This document shows positions 10,901-18,500 of a DNA stretch of 64,000 nt, piece by piece; the first letter of the stretch is position 1, and each line of letters begins with the position of its first letter. The DNA lies in IMG/VR virus record IMGVR_UViG_3300044723_009336, positions 6,007-70,006 of that record; one strand, written 5' to 3'. The position numbers and the translations under genes are program-made. Under the pieces are notes generated by a model. That model was given only the letters and a program-made list of their open reading frames with translations. It was not told the DNA's origin and ran no database searches. The DNA is from a virus.

Positions 10901-11601
10901 TCTTCAATAAAGTTGTTACAGACGAAAAGATACGCGAAGTAATTGGTACAAAAGTTGTCGATTCGGTACTCATACCATTTATGAGACAGAAAAAGATATA
11001 CTTTAGAGCAGATGGATTAAGACCGAATACGCAACACTTTGCATTCTTTGATCGTGAAGCAGTCGCATCCTGGGTAAGAGAAGAAACATTCGTTCGATAC
11101 GCAGATGATGTTACTGATTATGGTAACATCAAAAAGAACGCTACTTCACATCCTGAAGGAACGAGTATACTCGTATCAGATGCTGACGGATCAATTGAGG
11201 GAAGTTTCTTCATTCAAGCACAAAAGTTTAGAACTGGAACTAAAGAATTTCATCTTCTTGACGTAACAGGATTTAATCGTGATAACGCAAGTTCAATTGC
11301 AGTAGGAACATTCACTTCTGCTGGTTTACTTGATATTGTCGAAGAAGATATTAAGTCGACTAGAGTACTAACTTTCAAGAGTCAAAAAGTGCCACCGCCT
11401 AGACCTGTTCATAGATCTAATAACAATAACAATGATAACGAACGCAAAGGACATAAAGGCGTAGCATATGTTATCGCTGGTGGAAAACTAGTAAAAGTAA
11501 GAAACACCGATGGTACGCTGGTAGGATCAGGGACAAGGGCTGATCGAATAGGTGGGGCTGGAGTCATGGGTGGAGAAGCAGACGTAAATTGGGGCTTTTA
11601 A
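7909..11601 (+). CDS. DUF4815/VrlC-like large virion structural protein, N-terminal part
   Basis: YKDDF...NYHRILFNSGKLLQARELTQAQTILQKQIERFG, APGADRYRIQL, RFTMKDISLLEKRIDRLE and GFVTDNF motifs. Confidence 0.85.
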   Translation: MATNITNTTFSTTYKDDFVDSDNYHRILFNSGKLLQARELTQAQTILQKQIERFGNNIFTEGAMVKAGGVNVNNAYEFVKLNETTNSLPADTSTIVGTEFTSQGADGIKFEVLQVVEAAGADPATLYVRYTYTKDATAGLSTLRIPDGVNLSNGSVTLTTASSNAAGVGIVVNVQNGIFYAKGHFVFTDNQSLIVSKYTDTFTGTVGFKVVEDVVTIADDTDLYDNQGAVPNEAAPGADRYRIQLTLIDEADISANESFIFLIQMQNGGVVRTVNEFNPYNVPSQVVAQRIKENSGDYTVKKFKAKFEEDSANTHLLLKVSDGVAVIDGYRVSRGPSSIRVPKSLNQYSETGEVVAAAFGNFVKVSSDQGNTNGLPSLSTFEQLNIQDSADFHGGSNAKLGTARVRAISEDGSDYRYHLFDIQMNANKSFRNAKSIGSDSDNWFNIIQENNQAVLYETEKNNLLFELPGTRPANIDTISIETQRFANNISVSGADGSMPTLSGTETYANTGDWVFAKNDSDVFTGSVSFTSGGAGQQTADFTLDSAANGTYEVAYYVNNTAGTIRTKTKTSTNSGQIDTSVASNIDSDGNGLLSLGLGKADIFSLTVIKDSATGTEDYSGRFILDNGQRDNFYTEGRLILKGGQTMPDSGVYATFDHFTHTGGDFFAVNSYDSDDIGGYKNIPTHTLANGSVVSLANVLDFRPVKNSSDGTFVGGDAQVNELPQPNDTVQFNSDYYLQKSAKLILTSEGLLQFIEGSDGAPAIEFPPTPEKTMGLYSVILGANTLHDSDLLMQPIEHKRFTMKDISLLEKRIDRLEEATTLTLLELDTKNIQILDSAGLNRTRSGFVTDNFEDQILSDTRNEDYAASLDPFASFLHPAFNEDNIRLVIDSDACTNIVRKGDNLYLDYDSADFIDASKASTAIVVNPFDFAQWRATVKLSPSSDEWRDTETRTGKVVDGGLQLDTKQAYLWNNHSWNWSGKEIEDLTTGSRTSNTKNNIFNKVVTDEKIREVIGTKVVDSVLIPFMRQKKIYFRADGLRPNTQHFAFFDREAVASWVREETFVRYADDVTDYGNIKKNATSHPEGTSILVSDADGSIEGSFFIQAQKFRTGTKEFHLLDVTGFNRDNASSIAVGTFTSAGLLDIVEEDIKSTRVLTFKSQKVPPPRPVHRSNNNNNDNERKGHKGVAYVIAGGKLVKVRNTDGTLVGSGTRADRIGGAGVMGGEADVNWGF

Positions 11602-11633
11602 TGGAAATTCAAATTTATAAGATAGGTATATAA

Positions 11634-13241
11634 ATGACAGCAACAAGTTTAGCATATGAAGTAGATCAATATTCTCTCGCTCAATCATTCTATGTGAACG
11701 AAGAGAACGGGATCTTTATCACCAAAATTGAGTTATTTTTTCAAGACATAGGTGCTTCGAATACTTTACCAGTCTTACTTGAATTAAGACCAATGGTGAA
11801 TGGATTTCCGTCATCATCATCTATTATCCCTGGTTCAGAAATAGTTGTAAAAGCAGCAGACATTAATGTTTCAACTGATGCTTCAACACCAACTATCTTT
11901 GAATTTGACGAGCCTATCTTTTTGAACGGATTGACTGATTACTGTTTTGTAGTTGCAACGAATACTTCGAAATATAAACTCTTTGCTTCTCAAGGCGACA
12001 CATTCGTTATCGGATCAACCGAAGAGAGAATATCCAAACAACAGACAAACGGTAGTTTATTCTTCAGTCAAAATGCTGCGACATTTACTGCTGCACAAGA
12101 TACAGATCTTTCTTTTAAAATAAAAAAAGCAGCATTCAAAGCACATTTGACTGGGTTAATTACTCTTAAGAACACTTCATTGCCACAAAAACTATTATCA
12201 AATAATCCTATATCAACTACATCTGGTTCATCAGTCGTAGTTGTAAATCATCCGAATCATGGATTTCAACCGAATGATTTCATCAATCTTCACATGGGTG
12301 GAGGATCAGTTGGCGGATTAGACAGCAGTCATCTATCAGGATATCATAAAATATTATCAAGTGACAGCGATGTTGATTATACAGGATTTAAGATTAACGT
12401 AGGAACAAACGCAACTGACACTGCTATTGGCGGTGGTAATGCAGTTCTTTGTGATAAGAACATTAGATATAGTGTTGTTCAACCGAATGTAGCAACTCTC
12501 ATACCAAATGAAACTGGTCTTGGCGCTGGTATTAAATTAACGAGTACAGAAAACTTCGGATCAACAAACTATGGATCTTCTTCAGCATCTTCGAGATATT
12601 CAAAAGATACAGAATTTTCTTTCCTTGCTCTCAACGCAGATAATGAAGCAGCGAATCCTTTCTCATTACTCAGTTCATCTGTAGCAGATAGCGCTGGTAT
12701 CACAGACGGATCTGCAGTTGTTCAGATAGCAATAGGTTCTGATGATTCGAACGTGGCACCTATGATTGATTTACAAAGAGCTTCATTGACAGCAATTGGT
12801 TATCAGATCGACAAACAAGCACAGTCGGTAACAACTGGATTTAACGTCCCGATTAACTATGTTCCAGAATCAAATCCAACAGGTGGTTCAGCCGCATCAA
12901 AACATATTACTTCTCCAGTTACACTTGCTGAAGATGCTGTAGGTCTCAAGATCATACTTGCTGCAAATCGTCCGAGTGATACAGATTTTCAAATGTGGTT
13001 CCGAACAGCAACATCGGATGAACTAATTACTGATAAAGCCTGGACACTTCAAGCAGAAGAAACAAATAATCCAGTTGACGATATATCAACAATCTTCCGT
13101 GATTATGAGTATCTTCCAGGTGGCGAAGGTGGCGACTTAACGCCATTCACAAAGTTTCAATTAAAGATCGTAATGCGATCAACTAGTTTTGCCAAGGCTC
13201 CTACTTTCCAGAGCCTAAGAGTAATAGCACTGAGTACATAA
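11634..13241 (+). CDS. DUF4815/VrlC-like protein, C-terminal part as a separate ORF
   Basis: SLAQSFYV...GIFITKIELFF, LELRPMVNGFP and FTKFQLKIVMRS...P...LRVIAL motifs. Own AGGT RBS at 11624-11627. Confidence 0.8.
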   Translation: MTATSLAYEVDQYSLAQSFYVNEENGIFITKIELFFQDIGASNTLPVLLELRPMVNGFPSSSSIIPGSEIVVKAADINVSTDASTPTIFEFDEPIFLNGLTDYCFVVATNTSKYKLFASQGDTFVIGSTEERISKQQTNGSLFFSQNAATFTAAQDTDLSFKIKKAAFKAHLTGLITLKNTSLPQKLLSNNPISTTSGSSVVVVNHPNHGFQPNDFINLHMGGGSVGGLDSSHLSGYHKILSSDSDVDYTGFKINVGTNATDTAIGGGNAVLCDKNIRYSVVQPNVATLIPNETGLGAGIKLTSTENFGSTNYGSSSASSRYSKDTEFSFLALNADNEAANPFSLLSSSVADSAGITDGSAVVQIAIGSDDSNVAPMIDLQRASLTAIGYQIDKQAQSVTTGFNVPINYVPESNPTGGSAASKHITSPVTLAEDAVGLKIILAANRPSDTDFQMWFRTATSDELITDKAWTLQAEETNNPVDDISTIFRDYEYLPGGEGGDLTPFTKFQLKIVMRSTSFAKAPTFQSLRVIALST

Positions 13242-13447
13242 TGAGTAAATTTTTGAAAGTTGAAGGTCATAAAGATCTAGTTCGTGATAAAGCAACTGGC
13301 GTGGTATTGAATATAAATAAAAGTGAAGCAGCACTTGCTCGTGAAAGAAAAAGAATTCGTAAAGAAAAAGAAAAAGAATTTGAAGACTTAAAGAATGAAG
13401 TTGGTGAAATCAAACAATTACTTAACAAGATAATAGAGAAGCTATAA
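13241..13447 (+). CDS. Small conserved protein following the VrlC-like gene
   Basis: KVEGHKDLVRD...GVVLNIN plus C-terminal coiled coil (LKNEVGEIKQLL). TAATG coupling on both sides. Confidence 0.7.
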   Translation: MSKFLKVEGHKDLVRDKATGVVLNINKSEAALARERKRIRKEKEKEFEDLKNEVGEIKQLLNKIIEKL

Positions 13448-14085
13448 TGGCACGTTTCGGAAAATCAGAACTTCAACTTTCAAATACCATATCAACACTC
13501 GTTACTGAATTAAATAATATTGCCGACGATCTTGGTAATATTGATAATATTGCTGATAGTAATGTAATTGACGCGATTGGTACTTTACAAACAAATATTA
13601 ACAATAGTGATAGCGATATCGGTACAAGGGCTTCTCTTGCTACAACAGATAAAAGAGATCTTGTAAGAGCAATTAACGAGATACATGGAGTAATTACTCC
13701 GTTCGATATATCACTAGATACATCACCTCAACTTGGTGGGAATCTTGATCTTAACAGCAGTGATATCACAGGTACAGGTAATATCAATATTACCGGTACT
13801 ATTACTTCAACTGGTGCAGTTGATTTTGGATCTGGCAGTATTACAACAACTGGAACCGTAACAACTGGTGCGATTGCAGCAGGATCTTCAAACATTACCA
13901 CAACAGGAAATATCACCGGTCCAGTTACTCAGATAATAGCAGGAACGGTTGCTCTTGGTTCTTGGACTATTACTACAAGTGCAACAAATTTAATCTTCTC
14001 ATATAGTGGTACACCAAAAGTTAAGATTGCAAGTAATGGAGATATCACTTCAGTAGGAGATGTTGTAGCAGAAGGAACGATCTAA
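13447..14085 (+). CDS. Putative short fibre/whisker protein
   Basis: Helical N-terminus, DTSPQLGGNLDLN shaft motif, ITGTG/TTG repeats and a WTIT...LIFSYSG...GDI C-terminal module. Confidence 0.55.
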   Translation: MARFGKSELQLSNTISTLVTELNNIADDLGNIDNIADSNVIDAIGTLQTNINNSDSDIGTRASLATTDKRDLVRAINEIHGVITPFDISLDTSPQLGGNLDLNSSDITGTGNINITGTITSTGAVDFGSGSITTTGTVTTGAIAAGSSNITTTGNITGPVTQIIAGTVALGSWTITTSATNLIFSYSGTPKVKIASNGDITSVGDVVAEGTI

Positions 14086-15128
14086 TGGCGTTACAATCAA
14101 GTGGTCAGATCTCTCTTTCTGATTTAGCTTCTGAATTCCAAGATACAGCACCATATTCCCTTAAGTCTTATTATCGAAAAGCAGGATTGGTTGATTCCGA
14201 TATTGGAGGGACAATCACAGCACCAACTTTAGGCACCGGTGGAGGTAAACCTGTTACTTCTAATTTTGGTAACATATCTGGATTAGATATTCAATCTCCT
14301 AGCGAAAAGTATAATTACTATGTGCAGATAAGAGGACTCAATGGACAATCTCCTGGGGTCTTGAACGGTACTCGAAATATTAATCAGGCTGGAACACTTA
14401 CAACCTATTCGACTGGGTGGCATAATCGTACTTGGAATTGTAGACTAGATAGATGGGGAACATCTATGGTTCGCGAGACAGATAACTCTGTTGCTTGGTG
14501 TAAAATGGGTCAAGTGTCTTCAGGAAGACTTTCTTGGGAATATTCAAATCCAAGCGGATATACTCAAAATCCTTATTATTTTACGATTAAGATAGTTGGT
14601 AAACATAGAACTAGCCCAACTGGTGCTTTCTTAACTGGTGAGCATTGGTATACTCTTAGAATAACAAGAAGTAATAATGTTCCAGGACAAGCTGAAATGT
14701 TTAGAAAAGATGGATATCCTGGAAATCCTGGTGCAAGTAGCCTTGCTACCGGAGGAACATCAACAGTTGAGTCTGGAATATATTATCTGTATGATTTAGA
14801 TTTAACTGAGGCTGAATTTTATTTTAATGCTAGTCAGCCTGGAACTTCTTCAGCAGTGTTTACTTTTTACTGGGGATCTGGAGGAGGAACAGCCGATCCA
14901 AGTGCAAGTGATTCTGACGAAAATCCAGATGTTTATAATTTCATAAACAACTCAGGAGTTGATGTTACGATCGGAGACACAGTTTTATCAGACGGAGACA
15001 GCGCAGATTTTGGATCAACCTCTGAGACAACAGAAAGGTTATTTGATCTTACGTGTGTTGTAAATCAAAGTGTTCCAGAATCTGGTATAATTAGGCTTAC
15101 AGATTTATATGGAGCTAGAAATACGTAA
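14085..15128 (+). CDS. Putative fibre-tip adhesin
   Basis: MALQSSGQISLSDL...SLKSYY N-terminal motif and VPESGIIRLTDLYG C-terminal motif. Aromatic-rich central domain. Confidence 0.55.
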   Translation: MALQSSGQISLSDLASEFQDTAPYSLKSYYRKAGLVDSDIGGTITAPTLGTGGGKPVTSNFGNISGLDIQSPSEKYNYYVQIRGLNGQSPGVLNGTRNINQAGTLTTYSTGWHNRTWNCRLDRWGTSMVRETDNSVAWCKMGQVSSGRLSWEYSNPSGYTQNPYYFTIKIVGKHRTSPTGAFLTGEHWYTLRITRSNNVPGQAEMFRKDGYPGNPGASSLATGGTSTVESGIYYLYDLDLTEAEFYFNASQPGTSSAVFTFYWGSGGGTADPSASDSDENPDVYNFINNSGVDVTIGDTVLSDGDSADFGSTSETTERLFDLTCVVNQSVPESGIIRLTDLYGARNT

Positions 15129-15139
15129 TTCTTGTTTTT

Positions 15140-15147
15140 TATAAATA
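15140..15147 (+). promoter_or_regulatory. T4-type late promoter (TATAAATA)
   Basis: Exact consensus. Extended sequence TATAAATAGTACTAAATA is also found at 23230. Confidence 0.8.
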
Positions 15148-15206
15148 GTACTAAATAAGGCAGGGGCGTGAGAGCGCGTCCGACAAAGATTTACGGAAGG
15201 TATCTC

Positions 15207-15557
15207 ATGGCCCAGTACGAAGAATTCACCATAGACCAAGGTGCAGATGTAGCTATTGAATTGCACTTGGTTGACAAAAATGACGCAGTCAAAGATATTA
15301 CAAATCACACCGTAACTGCGAAACTCAAGAAAAATTATAATAGTGATAGTGCAGATACGACTGACTTTACAGCAATCGTATCAAATCCCACTTCTGGTAT
15401 CGCAACTTTATCACTAACAAATGCTCAAACAGATGGTTTGAAAACTGGAAGATATGTATATGATGTAGAACTCTCTTTTACTGATAGTGACGGAGAAACA
15501 ATCGTAGAACGAATACTCGAAGGTCGTATGCAAGTATCTCCTTCTGTGACGAAGTGA
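15207..15557 (+). CDS. Small Ig-like/BppU-N-like tail-fibre attachment protein
   Basis: IDQGAD...GRYVYDVE...RILEG motif set. Start re-placed at ATG 15207 behind GGAAGG (track start 15168 is an upstream GTG). Confidence 0.65.
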   Translation: MAQYEEFTIDQGADVAIELHLVDKNDAVKDITNHTVTAKLKKNYNSDSADTTDFTAIVSNPTSGIATLSLTNAQTDGLKTGRYVYDVELSFTDSDGETIVERILEGRMQVSPSVTK

Positions 15558-15565
15558 GGTAGGAT

Positions 15566-18500
15566 ATGGCAATCAAAGTTACAAGTACAGGTCAAACTAC
15601 ATTCGTCAAAAAAATCGTCGTTGGTACACCGGTTCGAAGTGTTACAGAATCTACCACAATTAACAGTTTAACTGATGTTATCTCCACTAATACGAGCAAC
15701 GGTCAGATACTCATATATGATTCTGACGAAGGAGCGTTCAAAAATTCTGACCTAATTGGTGGAACAGGAATCACTTCAACCTATTCTAATGATAGTGATA
15801 AAACTACTCTGAGTATTACCAATACTGGAGTAACAGCAGGATCATACGGTACCGCATTTAGTATTCCTAATATTACGATCAACGAACAGGGACAAATCAC
15901 AGCTGTTGCTGAAGAAGCTGTCGAGGTTCCTTTATCGGATGGAACGAATACCTATAATCTAAATTCTACCGATGAAAGATTAACTTTCAAAGGTTCAAAT
16001 GCGATTAAACCAACACTTTCTGCAAACGAAATTAATTATGCAATTGATTCAACAGCAGATGCTACGCTAACAAATCTTACTCTGACTGGCGACTTACGTG
16101 GTCCTGCTGTCTTTACGATCGATCCTGCTGGTATCGGTGATAATACAGGAAGAGTTGTTATTGCTGGTGACTTACAAGTTGACGGTACTACGACTACAAT
16201 TAATTCAACTGAACTGACTATAGAAGATGTTAACATCGTTCTAGCAGATGGCGCACTCGACAGTGCAGATGCCGATGGAGCAGGATTAACTGTAAGTGGT
16301 GCAAATGCGACATTCACATATGATAATAGTAGTTCAAAATGGGTACTTAACAGAGGTCTTGTCGTATCGGGGGATTTAATTCCTAATGTTGATAGTGCCT
16401 ACGATCTTGGTTCAAACTCAGCTAAATGGAAAGATCTACACTTAAGTGGAAGTACAATTTTTCTTGGTGGCCTTAAGTTAAAAGATTCTTCAACTCAATT
16501 CTCAGTTACTGATTCAGCTGATACTCCGGTTAATTTCAATCTTGAAGGATCAATAGATCAGATAAGAGGATTCTTCAGTGCTGCCGGAGACTTAAGTTAT
16601 AATTCTTCTACCGGTGAATTCACCTTTGATGTAGAACAAGTTTATACAAAGGCAAACTTTGATTCTGATTTTAATACAGCACTTGACGAAGCATCAATTA
16701 ATGGTAATGGTTTATCTTATGATAGTTCGACAAACACTCTCAGCATTACTGATACGGGGGTAATAGCAGGAGAGTATGGAAGTTCTACTCAAATACCAGT
16801 TGTAACCGTTAATGCTCGAGGACAGATTGATTCGATAGGTGAAGTACTTGTCGCTGGAGTAACTAATTTTGTTTGGAATTCTGGTACATCCACTGCAACT
16901 ATCTCGACAGCAGACGGCGGATCTTTCAGTGCTATCATCAATAACTTTGGTGACGATCAAGTACTATCTTTTGGTCAAGACAGTGACTTACAGATATATT
17001 ACACAGATGGTACAGACACGAGTACGATATCAGTCAAGCAATCAAACGGTGTTTTAAAAGTTCAAGCAAATAGTGGATTTGAAGACATGGCAGTCTTCAA
17101 CGGTGGTGGATCCGTTGATCTTTATCACAGTAATAACAAAAAGTTTGAGACTAAAAGTACTGGTGTAACAGTTACAGGTAATCTTGCTGCAAATACAATC
17201 ACTCGCTCAGATGCAACTGATCACTCTGGTGAATATGGTTCGGCAACACAAATACCAATCCTCACTGTTGATGCATCTGGATTTATTGACTCGATTGGGG
17301 AAGTTCTTGTCGCTGGTGTGACTGGTCTTGTGTATGACTCTGCTACCGGTAATTTAACAATATCAACTGCAGATGGTGGATCGTTTAGCGATTCTATCAA
17401 TCTGAGTCCATTTACTACAGATAATTTATCCGAAGGATCAAATTTATACTATACAGATACTCGTGTAAGAAATGCATTATCTGCTAGTGGTGATTTATCA
17501 TATGATCAAGGTACTGGTCAATTTAGTATCGACGTAGAAGACATTTACACAAAAGCAAACTTTGATTCGGATCTTGGTGCGGCACTTGATGGTGGTACAG
17601 GAATTACATATGATTCCTCTACTGATACTATCAGTATTACAGACACAGGAGTCATTGCTGCAACTTATGGTTCTGCTTCTCAGATTCCAGTCTTTACTGT
17701 CAATGCACAAGGTCAATTAGATTCAGCAGGATCTGTCGCAGTTGCTGGTGTTACAAATTTTGCTTGGGATTCTTCAACTTCTCAAGCGACGATTACAACT
17801 GCAGACGGTGGTTCATTTCCAGCAACTATCAACGGATTTGGTAATAATCAAAGACTGTACTTTGGTGATGCTAATGATCTTCAAATCTATAATAATGGCA
17901 CCAACTCTATTATTGCTGAAGGTGGTATTGGAGATCTAGTAATACAAGGTGCAAATATCAGACTAGAAAATGGATCTGGAGAATATTATCTTAGAACATA
18001 TAATAACGGTAAAGTAGAACTTTATTATGATAATTCCAAAAAATTAGAAACAACCGATTCTGGCATAACAGTTACTGGTTCGATTGTTGGAAATTACGCA
18101 GGATTTGACTCCGATTTTACTCAAAAATCCACGTCCGATTTATCTGAAGGCACGAATTTATATTATACGACTGTTAGATCTGATAGTGATTTTGATATAA
18201 GATTGGCAACTAAGTCTACTTCTGATCTATCAGAAGGCACAAACCTTTATTACACAACAGTTAGAGTTGATTCTGATATTGATGCAGCATTTGTTGCTAA
18301 GTCGACCGACGATCTATCAGAAGGATCTACAAACCTTTACTACACATCAGCAAGAGCAGACTCTGATGCGAAGAATGCTATCTCTGTTACAGATAATGGT
18401 GGAGACGGAAGTCTTTCTTATACTCCAGCAACAGGTGTTATTTCTTATACTGGCCCATCTGCTTCTGAAGTCAGAGCACACTTCTCGGGTGGAACTGGTG

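Noticed and set aside
11601-11636. TATAAATG as a late promoter, or the VrlC split as a simple sequencing frameshift
   Set aside because: The motif overlaps the start codon itself. The separate RBS and divergent ORF1 tail favour a real split, though reads were not available.
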